64,000 bases of DNA from an uncultured Phycisphaerales bacterium. GTDB taxonomy: Bacteria; Planctomycetota; Phycisphaerae; Tepidisphaerales; Tepidisphaeraceae. Numbering within the stretch: position 1 is the stretch's first letter; each line of letters begins with the position of its first letter. The stretch is taken from positions 3,840,001 through 3,904,000 of the forward strand of contig CAVWVQ010000003.1 in the NCBI GenBank assembly GCA_963758525.1, given 5' to 3'. Below are positions 1 to 11,038 of the stretch, one piece after another. The translations under genes were made by a program, and so were the position numbers. The notes under the pieces are model-generated. The model was not told the origin of the DNA and did not search any database. It was given only the letters and a program-made list of their open reading frames with translations.

Positions 1-267
1 CGAGTCGACCATCTGGATCAATCGGCGACCTGATGCGTCCGCAAGCACGTGGCGCAGGTATTCTCCCACGCCGCGAAAACCGCCCGCCCGAATCGGGGCG
101 GCAAGCCGGGCCTGTACAAGGTCTTTCTTCCCGCTGTGCAGGTTGATGCCGCAGTGAGTGCGCACGACTTCGCTAAGCTCGGAATAATCCCGCTCATTGC
201 AGTCGAGCGGATCTCGCGGGAACAGTTGTGGCGACAATGGAATCGCTTCCTCACTGACCATGTTCAT
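1..267 (-). CDS. cheR: Chemotaxis protein-glutamate methyltransferase CheR, N-terminal part (runs off window)
   Basis: Manual translation MNMVSEE...YSELSEVVRTHCGINLHSGKKDLVQARL...EYLRHVLAD resembles the CheR N-terminal domain; directly downstream of the MCP. Confidence 0.8.
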   Translation of the reverse strand, partial: MNMVSEEAIPLSPQLFPRDPLDCNERDYSELSEVVRTHCGINLHSGKKDLVQARLAAPIRAGGFRGVGEYLRHVLADASGRRLIQMVDS

Positions 268-273
268 CTTGTT

Positions 274-1884
274 TCATGCGGCATTGTTGAATTCACTGAA
301 ATCCTGCGGCCCTGCCGCGGGGTCGCCATCCAGCGGGAAGGTCTTCGGTGCATTGGCACCATGACTCGGCGTTCGCGAGCGACTGGCGGCGGCGGATCGT
401 TGTCCGGGACGCGCCGTCAAGACGCTTCGAGGATGCCTTCTCTCGCCATAGGCAGCCGCGCTCGATCCGCCGACGAGGCTGATCAGTTCGCGCACGACGT
501 TTCTCAAATTCTCCGCCTGGCTCGTCAGTTCCTCCGCGGCGGAGGCGGATTCTTCGGCGGCAGAGGCGTTGGCCTGGGTCACCTGGTCCATCTGACCGAC
601 CGCAACGTTCACCTGCTGAATCGCCTGCGTCTGCTCCTGACTGGCGGCTGAGATCTCGTTCACAAGATCGTTGAGCCGCGTCGACTCCACCGTGATCTCG
701 TCCAGTGATTTGGCAACCTCGCCGCAGATCGCCGCGCCGTTGCGAGCGCTGCCGGTGGAGTCCTCGATCAGCGCGGCCGTCTCTTTGGCCGCGCCGGCCG
801 AGCGCATCGCAAGATTGCGCACTTCCTCGGCCACCACCGCGAAACCTCTGCCCGCCTCCCCGGCGCGGGCCGCTTCGACGGCAGCATTCAACGCCAGCAG
901 ATTCGTCTGAAATGCGATCTCGTCGATGGTCCGGAGAATCTTTCCCGTCTTGACGCTCGAGGCGAGAATCGCCTCGATGGCCGACAGCATCCGCGCCATC
1001 GTTTCGTTGCTGCGTCCCGCCGCCTGCTTTGCCTGCGAAGCCGCCTTGGCGGCTTTCAATGTTGTTTCAGAGTTCCGCACCGTCATCGACCCCATCTGCC
1101 TCAGCGCGCTGGTGGTCTCTTCCAAAGCCGTCGCCTGCTCCGTGGCGCCCTGTGCCAGGGACTGGCTGGAACCCGACAACTGGGACGCGGCTGATGCCAC
1201 CTGGGCGCTTCCTTCGCCGAGCGTATCCGCCATCCGGGTCAGGGCGGTCTTGATCGCCCGGCAGATCAGATATCCCAGAACCGTCGCCGCCAGAATTGCG
1301 GCAATCACGCCCCACAGCAGCCCCGCGCGCGCCGTGTTGAGCGCTGTCTGAATCTCTTTCGCCGCGTCTGCCGCGTCCGCCTCGTTGAAATCCGTGAGAG
1401 CGCTGGTTGCGGTGTGCAACTTCTGAAACAGCGGATCCAGTTCACTTGCCATCAGGGCCGCGGCCTCCACCGGTTTATTCTGACGGCTCAACGTCAGCAC
1501 CGGTTGCCGCGCCTTCCAGTAGGCATCGCGCGCCGCGAGGATCTGGTTGTAGATTTCGCGCTCGGCAGCGCTGGAGACCACGGCAGAATAATCGTTCAGC
1601 AACTTCTCGCACGATTGCCGCAGGGATTCCATGTCCTGCTCCAATGCCTGCTTCTGCGCCGGGTCGGATGCGATGATGTGCTGCAGAAGGCGTTTGTCCG
1701 CCTGACCCACGATGGATTCGATTTTGTCTCCGAGAATGACGCTGGGGAGCGCATCGCCGGTGACGCGCTCGCTGTTGCGCGAGATCGCCTGCATGCAACT
1801 GTAAGCAACGATCCCCAGGCCCGCGGTGATTGTCACCGCGAGCGTGAAGCCGAGTCCGACTTTTTTGCCAATGGTCATGGTCAT
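274..1884 (-). CDS. Methyl-accepting chemotaxis protein (4-helix-bundle sensor)
   Basis: Two TM helices and signalling hairpin [43 protein letters not shown] at 1884 overlaps the cheW stop (ATGA). Confidence 0.95.
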   Translation of the reverse strand: MTMTIGKKVGLGFTLAVTITAGLGIVAYSCMQAISRNSERVTGDALPSVILGDKIESIVGQADKRLLQHIIASDPAQKQALEQDMESLRQSCEKLLNDYSAVVSSAAEREIYNQILAARDAYWKARQPVLTLSRQNKPVEAAALMASELDPLFQKLHTATSALTDFNEADAADAAKEIQTALNTARAGLLWGVIAAILAATVLGYLICRAIKTALTRMADTLGEGSAQVASAASQLSGSSQSLAQGATEQATALEETTSALRQMGSMTVRNSETTLKAAKAASQAKQAAGRSNETMARMLSAIEAILASSVKTGKILRTIDEIAFQTNLLALNAAVEAARAGEAGRGFAVVAEEVRNLAMRSAGAAKETAALIEDSTGSARNGAAICGEVAKSLDEITVESTRLNDLVNEISAASQEQTQAIQQVNVAVGQMDQVTQANASAAEESASAAEELTSQAENLRNVVRELISLVGGSSAAAYGERRHPRSVLTARPGQRSAAASRSRTPSHGANAPKTFPLDGDPAAGPQDFSEFNNAA

Positions 1885-2369
1885 GGTGTCTCCGAAGCAA
1901 ATAAATGATCCGCGTCCAGCAACACTTTTACCGATTGTCCGCTCCGCGCGATGCCCAGGATGTAGCTGGGCGGCGCCGCCGCGCCCAGGGCGGGCGCCTC
2001 TTCCACGTCTTGTGCTGGGATGGTCAGCACCTCGCAGACGGAGTCGACCAGCAGCCCGGTCTTCACCGTCCCGGCGGCGCGGGCAATTTCCACGATGATG
2101 ATGCACGTTTTGTCCGACCGTGCCGCGGGCGTCATGCCGAACACCTGACGCAGATCGGTCACCGCGATCACCTGTCCGCGCAGATTAATCACCCCGCCAA
2201 CGTTCGCTGCCGCGCCAGGCACGGGAGTGACGTGCAGATATTGAATGATTTCGCGCACCTTGAGGATCGGGAGCCCGTATTCCTCGGAGCCGAGGGTGAA
2301 CGTGAGGTACTTGCCCGCGGCCGCGCCGAACTTCTGGGGCATCGTTGCCACGCTGGATGAGTGATTCAC
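1881..2369 (-). CDS. cheW: Chemotaxis coupling protein CheW
   Basis: [23 protein letters not shown]...[12 protein letters not shown]...GLLVDSV motifs; lies between cheA and the MCP. Confidence 0.95.
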   Translation of the reverse strand: MNHSSSVATMPQKFGAAAGKYLTFTLGSEEYGLPILKVREIIQYLHVTPVPGAAANVGGVINLRGQVIAVTDLRQVFGMTPAARSDKTCIIIVEIARAAGTVKTGLLVDSVCEVLTIPAQDVEEAPALGAAAPPSYILGIARSGQSVKVLLDADHLFASETP

Positions 2370-4182
2370 GCGTGAACTCCTTGCAATGTGTCACAGTTTG
2401 ACGTGGCGCGGCTCGCCCGCCGGATGTTTTGCCGCTGCACACCTGCCCGCTGAATAAGTCCCGGCACGTCCAGCACCAGGGCAATTCGCCCATCTCCCAG
2501 CACAGTGCCTCCGCAAATACCGGGCGTGTTTCCGACCAGCGCGCCCATCGGTTTGAGAACAACCTGCTGCTGCCCAAGCAGCGCATCCACCAGCAAACAG
2601 TACCGGTGCTGCCCATCGCGCACGACCACGCCAATGGCGCCGGGGCGATTCACCGCCTCGGCGGCGACGCCAAAGAGCTGATCCAGCCGCACGACCGGAA
2701 TTGGTTTGCCGCGAACCAGGCACATTTCCCCGGCTCCGGGTGCATGGAACAATTGATCGGGCTTCGATTGAACGCTTTCTTCGATGGTCGTGATCGGCAG
2801 CAGATATCGCTCGGGCCCCACGCCAACGGCCAGCGTATCGATCACCGCCAGCGTCAGGGGAAGCCGCACTTTGAACGACGTGCCGGCGCCGTGCACGGAA
2901 TGGATGTCGATTCTTCCGCGCAGGGCTTCGACATTCCGCCTGACCACGTCCATGCCGACGCCGCGCCGGAAATCTCCGTCACGTCGCGGGCCGTGGACAG
3001 ACCCGCATGAAACACGAATGCCCAGACGTCCTGATCGTCCGGCTCGTCACTCTGCTCGACCAACCCCGCGTCCCGAGCCTTGGCGAGAATACGCTCGCGA
3101 TCCAGCCCTCTGCCGTCGTCGCTGATTTCGATGAGAATTTCTCCTGCTTCGTGGCGTGCAGCGAAAGCGACTGTTCCGGCCCGCGGTTTTCCCAGCCGCA
3201 TGCGATCCGCCGGCGATTCAATCCCGTGGTCGATCGCGTTGCGGATCATGTGAAGCAGCGGATCGCCAACGGCTTCGATGAGCTTCCGATCGAGTTCGGT
3301 GTCGGCTCCGCTGATCTTCAGTTCAATTTCCTTCTCCATTTTGCGGCCCATGTCGCGAGCGGCGCGTGCCATCCTTTGAAACGTGGCGCGGATCGGAACC
3401 ATCCGCATGGCAACCGACAGGTCATACAGTTCGCGCGTCGTCCGGCCCAGGTGCGCCAATCGCTGCACCATCACCGGATTGCTTGACGAGCCCTCCTGCG
3501 CCTCGCGCACCATCAATTCAGCCACCACAAGTTCCCCAACGAGATTCATCAGCGCGTCGAGGCGTTGCGTCTTGATTCTGACGATGGAGTCGACGCCCGC
3601 CGGCGATGACTCGACAGCATCGAATTGACGTTGTGCGCCAACCGGTTTCCCCAATTTGTTTAGCGGCTGCCCTCCGGGCAGCGCGCATTGCTCCGTTGTC
3701 GATTCTCGTTGTTGGGCGGATTGAAGGTCGAGTGGTTCGAGCCGTGCGCAACGCTTCAGGCGCGACAGCAGGTCAGGCACGGCCGGGTCATCCGAAGGCA
3801 ATTCGCCGCCAGAGCGAACCACCTCCAGGGCGCCGACCAGAGAACGAACGCGGTCGGTCGCCTCCAGCACCAGATCCATCGCGGGACCAACCAGTTCCAA
3901 CCGGCGATGTCGGGCCTGTTCCAGAACCTCTTCGGCGACGTGCGCCAGTTCCCCGAGCTGACGCAGGCCCACAAATCCTGCCCCGCCTTTGACAGTGTGG
4001 AATCCGCGAAAGATCGCGTTGATGCTGCTGTCATCCCCGGGCGACGTTTCGAGCTTGAGCGCCGCCGCTTCGATCGAATTCACGTGCTCGATCGCTTCGG
4101 CGATGAACTCGCCCAGAAGGGCCAATTCGTCCTCGCCCATCGGGCGCGACGGCTGTCGGTCTGCGCTTGTCGACTCCGACAT
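2366..4182 (-). CDS. cheA: Chemotaxis histidine kinase CheA (one frameshift near 2965)
   Basis: Hpt (IFRGFHTVKG), dimerisation, HATPase (HMIRNAIDHGIE) and CheW domains over two ORFs; ISG-RGVGMDVV is broken by one missing base. Confidence 0.92.
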
Positions 4183-4815
4183 CAGTTGTGAAGGCCTGCC
4201 GAGGGGTCGCCCCCAAAATTGCAGCGAATTCCGATTCGCCACACCCCTACAGTCGGTATGTCTTGACACGGTATTTACCCCTATTCGTTTAATTTGGTCG
4301 CAAATTGGTCACACACCGGCCGCCGGGGGCGTGCGCCAATTTCCAGTCGCATTTTTGTTGTGGTGCGGCTTCCAGCCTGCAAACACAGCGTTGCAAAGGC
4401 AGCTCGCTCCTTTGGCCAGGAATTCGCCTCCCGCGCCCCGCGTATATCGGACGTTCTTCCCCCACTCATTCGGTCGCTGGCAGTTAAACGCTCCCCGATA
4501 CATCTGCGCGACACTCAAATCCGACTCCGATCTCTCCCAAAGTCGACGGATCCTCCGTCGGAAATGCCCCGCGTGTCGGAGCGCATCCTGCCTCCGTCTT
4601 TCATCATGCGACATCGCGCGACAGATTTTGCAGCGCCGCATGTCACACCCGTCGTGCAACTCCTTGCCCTGCCGCAGGATGTTCGCCAGCCTGGCGCGAC
4701 ACCGCGCGCAACAGTTGCGCGCCGTTTGCTGAAAACGGGGTTATCGCCACGCGCTCGCCGTGTACGATGCACCTCCTTCGCCGGTCTCCAGCCGCGCGAG
4801 CCCAAAAGAGTGATT

Positions 4816-4940
4816 GCGACGAAAAAACACAAACGACACAAAAAAAGAGAGCCTGGGGACGAGAGCAGCTTCCGATTCACTTCCTGCTCTTGCGCGTCGC
4901 CTCTCTCTTTCCCTTTTTGTGTTTCTGTGGTTTTTGTGGC
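4816..4940. repeat. Imperfect inverted repeat built of short A-rich iterations
   Basis: gcgacgaaaaaacacaaacgacacaaaaa ... tttttgtgtttctgtggtttttgtggc. Confidence 0.5.
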
Positions 4941-5128
4941 CATTCGCTCATTGATTCCAACGCGCTCGGCCATGGTCTGCGTGCATCGTCAATGAAGTGC
5001 GCCTCGGTGCTGAACCTGCCGCTGTCCAGGCGGATCTGTTGCCATTGCGTCACGACATCTTTTTCGCTCGCCCCCGTGCGACATCGATTTGCCTCCGGTT
5101 TCTCCTCTGCCAACGATTCGGTCTGTTC

Positions 5129-6197
5129 GAGGCGTAGGGTCCGCTCGGCGGCTCCTAAGGTACGCCTCGAATGACCGAAAGTGTCGAGCCGCCGTGCGGA
5201 CCATTCCTCGACTTCCGCGAGGATCCTCGACGGCGCTCTCCGCCGTCCATGCTGAGCGACCCATTCGGCGGTTGTTTAACAAATTCCGCAAATGGCAATC
5301 CACCTCGATTGTGAATCTCCCAAAGCCGACGGATCCTCCGTCGGAACTGATCTGCGCCTGGGCATCTGGTGCTCTGGCCCAGGCGAACCGAGGATCTTTC
5401 CCGGTTCATGCAATGGATCACCACCACCCACGTGCGGCGATGGCGCGAGCACCGCAACAAAGCTGCGAGGGGACCGCGGCTTGCGGTTGGACCGGCGATC
5501 CGCGACGACGCGAAGCGACACCGGCGTGCCTTGGCGAAAAATGGCGTCACGCGAACGAAACTTGTCATGGGTCGAATCACCCGCGCTGACAGCATCGACT
5601 TCGCAACCGATCGCTCTCTGTCGCGGCGTGGGGGATGAAGCCCGATGGATTGCTTTGACGCAGAGGCGTAGGGTCCGCTCGGCGGCTCCTAAGGTACGCC
5701 TCGAATGACCGAAAGCGTCGAGCCGCCGTGCGGACCACTTCTCGACTTCCGCGAGAATCCTCGACCGCGCTCTCCGCTGTCCATGATGAGCTATGCAATC
5801 AACCTGTTTCTAACAGATTTCGCAGACTGCAATCCACCTCGATTGTGAATCTCCCAAAGCCGACGGATCCTCCGTCGGAACTGATCTGCGCCTGGGCATC
5901 TGGTGCTCTGGCCCAGGCGAACAGAGGATCTTTCCCGGTTCATGCAATGGATCACCACCACCCACGTGCGGCGATGACGCGAGCACTGCAACAAAATCGC
6001 GAGGGGACCGCGGCTTACGGTTGGACTGGCGATCCGCGACGACGCGAAGCGACACCGGCGTGCCTTGGCGAAAAACGGCGTCACACGAGCGAAACTTGTC
6101 TTGGGTCGAATCACCCGCGCTGACAGCATCGACTTCGCAACCGATCGCTCTCTGTCGCGGCGTGGGGGATGAAGCCCGATGGATTGCTTTGACGCAG
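5129..6197. repeat. Two tandem copies of a 534-bp composite repeat containing hairpins and a Y1/RAYT transposase fragment
   Basis: Copies start with gaggcgtagggtccgctc at 5129 and 5663; the ORF track shows duplicated peptides offset by 534 nt. Confidence 0.9.
5363..5461 (+). pseudogene. Fragment of a REP-associated/IS200-like Y1 (HUH) transposase; second copy at 5897-5995
   Basis: HLVLWPRRTEDLSRFMQWITTTHVRRWREHR resembles the HUH-motif region of RAYT-like transposases; copy 2 has TGA in place of Trp. Confidence 0.65.
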
Positions 6198-6306
6198 CTT
6201 CGCCGGGGGGGCGGGCAGTCGCTTCGCGTCGTCGCGGACGTCGGGCTGCCGCCGCCTGCGGAGCAGAAAGCGTGCTATTGAAAGCGATCCATCTCGGCAG
6301 GTTCGT

Positions 6307-6849
6307 TCACAGTCCTGGGTACGCGGCGGTATCGGCGGCGATCGCCTTCCCCAGCGCCTCGCAGTCCGCTTCGCTGAGCCTGACGCCTTGCTTGTTGAGC
6401 AGATGGTGTTTGTCGACCACGGCGTAAGCTTCGGTGTAAATCTTCTTGCCCGCGGGGTCGGCGCCGATGCGGGAGAGCCCGACGCCGGATGCGCTGAGGT
6501 AGATGCTCTCGGCAATGTAGGCGACCGCCTCGTCGAGCCGACCGCCGATCGCGGACTGGCCCGACAGGTCCACGACCGCGTGCACACTCTCGTGAACGAT
6601 TCCCGAGCGGTCCAGCGCGTCGACGATCTTGTCACTGGAAAGAGCCATCTTTCGGATGGGCGCCGGGGAGTATCCCGCCGACAGCCTTCCGCCGGTGCTC
6701 CTGACCTCTACCTTGATGGTGCCGTTGCGCATCGCCGAGGCGACATCGCCGAGCTTGGCGGCGCTGACACTCAGCTTGCCGAGGTGGAAGTCTATCTTTT
6801 TCACGAGCGGCCCTGCCAGCACAGCTGTCACGTCGTCCACGATTGCCAT
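6307..6849 (-). CDS. Hypothetical protein with HExxH motif (possible zincin-like fold)
   Basis: 180-aa ORF with GGAGG RBS; IVHESVHAVVD followed by DEAVAY. Confidence 0.65.
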   Translation of the reverse strand: MAIVDDVTAVLAGPLVKKIDFHLGKLSVSAAKLGDVASAMRNGTIKVEVRSTGGRLSAGYSPAPIRKMALSSDKIVDALDRSGIVHESVHAVVDLSGQSAIGGRLDEAVAYIAESIYLSASGVGLSRIGADPAGKKIYTEAYAVVDKHHLLNKQGVRLSEADCEALGKAIAADTAAYPGL

Positions 6850-7015
6850 GGGAGTTCCCTCCGCTTGTGAGCTGGCGAAATCATACTTGGCGCTCCCGCT
6901 ATGTCCAATGGATGATCCTGGCCGACAATGGGGCGGCGAGCAATTGCGGATCGATCATTCCTCTGCTCAGAGGCTCCGGTGAACTCTTCGATCGCTCGGG
7001 GTTAAACTGCGCCCC

Positions 7016-7936
7016 ATGCATCTTTGCGACATTCAAATCCGCGATCCGTTTGTGCTGCCGGTCGCTTCGCTCGGAGAGTATTTTCTCTTCGGCACGACCG
7101 ATCAAAATCCCTGGAGCGGGCCGGGGGTGGGGTTCGACGCCTACCGCAGTCGCGACTTGATCGAGTGGGAGGGACCGATCGCTGCGTTTCGGCCGAGCGA
7201 GTATTTCTGGGGACGAACGCAATTCTGGGCGCCGGAGGTGCATGCCTGGCGCGATCGATATTACATGCTCGCAACCTTCAAGGCCGACGGCTTGTCGCGC
7301 GGCACGGCAATCCTTTCATCGCATCGGCCCCAAGGTCCCTTTGAGCCTTGGAGCGACGGCCCGATCACGCCGCGCGGTGCAATGGCGCTGGATGGGACGC
7401 TGCACGTCGACCCGTGCGGTGTCCCTTGGATGATCTATTGCCACGAGTGGGTGCAACTCCACGACGGAACCATCTGCGCGATTCAGCTTTCTGAGGATCT
7501 GCGGCAGACCGTCGGCGAACCCGTCCTGCTTTTTCACGGTTCGGACGGAGCGTGGGTGCGTGCACTTGAGCCGGCTTATCTACGGGAGACCGTCGGCGTT
7601 GAAACAAACTTCGGCGGGCCAAAGCGATACGTCACCGATGGTCCATTCCTGCACCGCACGCGCAGCGGCGTTCTCCTGATGCTTTGGAGCAGCTTCGGTG
7701 AACAGGGGTACGCCATGGGGCTCGCCCGGTCGATTTCCGGCTCGGTCCTTGGCCCCTGGACGCTCGACCCAGAGCCCCTCTGGCCGACCGATGGCGGACA
7801 CGGCATGTTGTTCCGCGATTTCTCCGGCCGGCTTTTCGTCACATTGCATCAGCCAAACAACACGCCCTTCGAGCGCGCCGTTTTTTTCCCGGTCGATGAA
7901 TCCGACGATTCGCTTCGATTGAAGTCTCCCTCATAG
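7016..7936 (+). CDS. Glycoside hydrolase family 43 (cytoplasmic)
   Basis: IRDPF, FWAPEV, LDGTL, CHEW, VTDGPF, DGGHGMLF motifs of a five-bladed propeller GH43. Confidence 0.9.
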   Translation: MHLCDIQIRDPFVLPVASLGEYFLFGTTDQNPWSGPGVGFDAYRSRDLIEWEGPIAAFRPSEYFWGRTQFWAPEVHAWRDRYYMLATFKADGLSRGTAILSSHRPQGPFEPWSDGPITPRGAMALDGTLHVDPCGVPWMIYCHEWVQLHDGTICAIQLSEDLRQTVGEPVLLFHGSDGAWVRALEPAYLRETVGVETNFGGPKRYVTDGPFLHRTRSGVLLMLWSSFGEQGYAMGLARSISGSVLGPWTLDPEPLWPTDGGHGMLFRDFSGRLFVTLHQPNNTPFERAVFFPVDESDDSLRLKSPS

Positions 7937-8020
7937 CGAACGATCTCGGCCCCAGCAGGTAAGCGGCGGCTGCGCGAGTCTTATTCGCCGCTCGGTATCT
8001 GAGAAGACAGTGAGACCGGC

Positions 8021-8089
8021 ATGAAGCGTCGCTTGTTCAACCTGCTGGCAGCGCTGCCGCCGCTCCTGTTGCTGGCATCGCCTCGTTAG
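8021..8089 (+). pseudogene. Truncated N-terminus of a paralogue of the downstream gene
   Basis: MKRRLFNLLAALPPLLLLASPR* resembles MRRRLFTIVSAVSLLL of 8100..8666. Confidence 0.45.
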
Positions 8090-8099
8090 ACTACCTGGC

Positions 8100-8666
8100 G
8101 TGCGTCGCCGGCTCTTCACCATCGTCTCGGCAGTGTCGCTGCTGCTCTGCCTTGCAATCGGCGCAATGTGGGTCCGCAGCTATCTGGTTCAGGACGAGTG
8201 GACCCTTCGCGCATTGCCGCGTTACCAGCCCGACGAATTCACCGCTTGGTATCAGATATGTTCGCTGAACGGGGGAATGGGGTTGATTGTTTCCCCCACG
8301 AATCCATTCAGCATGTGGGCGCGCGGCCCAAACTTTCGGTATGAACGGTGGGATCATCCCCGCTCGACGGCGTATCCAGCCTCGGGAATGATCGGGGATA
8401 TAGGATGCCACTCGTGGTGCGGGTTCATAGCCTATCACTCCGACGAATTTACGGCCGTGCCGCCGCCGCGATGGTGGATCGCCGTCCCCTACTGGGCTGT
8501 TCTCGCCACCTGCGCGTTGCTTCCGCTGTTGTGGCTCTGTCTCTGGCGACGCGCTGCGACGCGAAGAGAGGCGGGCTGGTGCCCTCAGTGCGGCTACGAT
8601 CTGCGCGCCACGCCGGATCGATGTCCCGAGTGCGGGACGATCTCTCCGCCTCGTTCGTTGGATTGA
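8100..8666 (+). CDS. Membrane protein with C-terminal Zn-ribbon (CPQCGYDLRATPDRCPECG)
   Basis: Two hydrophobic segments and paired CxxC motifs; family type recalled as expanded in Phycisphaerae. Confidence 0.8.
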   Translation: MRRRLFTIVSAVSLLLCLAIGAMWVRSYLVQDEWTLRALPRYQPDEFTAWYQICSLNGGMGLIVSPTNPFSMWARGPNFRYERWDHPRSTAYPASGMIGDIGCHSWCGFIAYHSDEFTAVPPPRWWIAVPYWAVLATCALLPLLWLCLWRRAATRREAGWCPQCGYDLRATPDRCPECGTISPPRSLD

Positions 8667-8678
8667 TGTCGACGCCAA

Positions 8679-10981
8679 TCATGGCGGAGTTTGAGGAATT
8701 TCTCGCCACGTGAATGATGCGCCATTCGTCCGGTCGGACTGGGCGCCAGGCTCGTCGGCGGTGACCGTCCCGTCCTCCTTGATGCGCAGGTGTCTGTGGC
8801 TCTCAAGGGAGAGGAGGAGCAAATCGCCACGCGGCATTTCGGTCCATTGAAAGCATTCATTAGCGGCACCGCTGCTTTGATCGACCGGCGTCAGTGAGAC
8901 TCGGCCCGCGGCGCCGAGTCCCGATACCGTCACAAATCTCCCGTCGAGGACGGACTGAAGAGCGACGCGGCCGAGCTTTCGATCGATCACTTTGAATTGT
9001 GCTGCCGATATTTGTGTGATGTCATTCGACGGGACACCATCGAGCGCCCGCGCCATTACCCCCTCTCCCGGTACGCCGGGAGAGGGATGGGGTGAGGGTG
9101 ATTTCGCGCTTGCGACGATCTTGTACGATTCCAAAGCGCCCTCGCCTCTGCCCTCGCCCGGGAAACCGGAAGAAGGGGAAAAGCTTTCTGCGATTCGGGA
9201 CTGGGCGATCAGCCCATCGCCCTTGACGACAAGCGCTGCGCCGTCCGCCATATTTTCCAGCGTGATGGTCTTCCCGATCGGAATCGGACGAGTGAATCCG
9301 TTGGGATGTGGCTCTTCGACGGTGAGTCCGTCGAAATCGGCGAAACCGCCGGGCGAGTCGCCGGTGTTGTAGTGGAACAGTGAATAGCGTACGCCCTGAA
9401 ACGTCTTGATCTGGAAGATCATGGTGAATTCATCGCCGAGGGGTTGGAAGGTTTTGCCGTCGGTGCTATAGCTGAATGTTGCCTTCTCGGTCAGGAAATC
9501 GCACGCGGCCCGAAGCCAGACGCGTTGGGCATGGAGAGGGGCGCTGGAGGTTTTGCCCGTGCTCTGATCGTATCGACTGAGGGATGCGCCATCGGCATGT
9601 TTCGTTACGCCGATCCACGCATACGGATGGTTCAGCAGGGCCAGTCCGGCGACGTCGCCAGGTTGCATTCCGGTCGTGACAAGTTCGGCCGTCGGCGTGG
9701 ATTGCGGACCAACGGCGCGCTGCGTGAGCGTGTTGCGCGCCAACCAGAAATCCGTCGCGGGCAGCGAATGGAGGCGCAGGAATCCAGGGCGTTCGGTGAG
9801 CGACCATTTCGAATCATCCGGAACGTGATTCCATTGCCAGATCGGCTTGAGCGTTGGTCCGGCAAAGTCGTCGCTCCGCTGATACGGCGTGGCGGGCTCG
9901 GAGAGGTAACCGGTATCAGGCTTGACCCACGTGCGCGGCGTGCGTTTGAGATTCCCCGGCAAGCCGAAATAAGGCCACCCGTCTTGCCAGGTCACAGGCG
10001 AGAGGCAGGTCAGTCGGCCGACCGAGTTATAGTCCATCATCGAAAAACCCCACCACTGGCCGGTGGGCGTATCAACGATGCCGCCCTGATGCATTGCCAA
10101 TCGGCCAACGCTGTCGGGACTGGGAGCCTTCAGGGCAAACGTCTCTCCCTTTCCGTTGCCCACCAGCCGGTTGCCTTCGGAGATGCCAAACTCCTCGTCA
10201 ATGCTGATTTCCGGATTCACCTCGTAAGGACCTTGCGGCTTGCTCGCGCGGCGCAGAGCATCCGCATGTGCCCATCGAACCTGTCGTTGCAGAGATAGTA
10301 CTTGCCATCGATCTTGTAAAAGTGGTTCCCTTCGCCCATGCCGGCTTCTTTTGGAATAATGATGCGCTCTGTCCCCGGCACGACGTCGGTCAGATCACCG
10401 GTCAACTCTGCCAAGCGGATATCGCCGTATCCCCAGACGACATAGGTTTTGCCGGCGTCGTCAAAAAGAACCGACAGGTCGTGGAAAGAGCCCTTCATTT
10501 CCAGATGCTTCCAGGGGCCGGCAGGATTTGTTGCGGTGAAGAGCTGAGTCTTGCGGCCGTTGACGTTGGAGAAGATATAGAAGGTCCCATTGTGATAGCG
10601 AAAGCAGGGGGCCCAGATGCCCTGTCCATAGATCGACCCGCCATTCTCCAGGCGATACTCGGGCCCAAGGTCAAGGCGGTCGAAGGCATAGCCGACAAAG
10701 CCCCAGTTCACCAGATCTTTCGAATGCAGCATCGGCAGGCCGGGCATGCAGTGCATGGTGGTGCCGGTGAGATAGAAATCATCTCCCACGCGAATCATGT
10801 CCGGGTCGGAGAATTCATCGTAGAACAGCGGATTGGTAAAGGTCCCGTTGCCGTTGTCAGCGGTCCATGATTTACCGGCGGGAGTTGATGTGTGAATTGA
10901 CTGCGCTTGGGTCGGCATGGCAGCCTCCAATGGAATTGCCATCAGAGCAATCGTAAGTATAAAGCGTCGAGTAAAGTGCAA
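8679..10981 (-). CDS. Secreted GH43 beta-xylosidase/arabinofuranosidase with GH43_C2 and extra C-terminal domain (frameshift near 10250)
   Basis: Signal peptide; FSDPDMIRVG, GIWAPCFRY, HQGGIVD, WQWNH, TLTQR motifs; CARASKPQGPYEVN is restored by adding one C. Confidence 0.9.
9059..9178. repeat. Inverted pair of REP-like palindromes inside the GH43 coding sequence
   Basis: ccctctcccggtacgccgggagagggatggggtgagggtg plus an inverted partner; related units at about 21881-21922 and 46354-46393. Confidence 0.75.
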
Positions 10982-11038
10982 CGGTTCCTGATGAACGCGT
11001 TGACCAGATCTTCCTTGATTTTGGTAACCGGCTAAGGA

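Noticed and set aside
2940..2975. Programmed frameshift or split cheA
   Set aside because: No slippery sequence; same pattern as the other probable sequencing indels.
4294..6281. Many 70-250 aa ORFs in the spacer after cheA
   Set aside because: They translate palindromic repeats and show no recognisable family apart from the short Y1 fragment; the peptide at 4990-5113 could not be identified.
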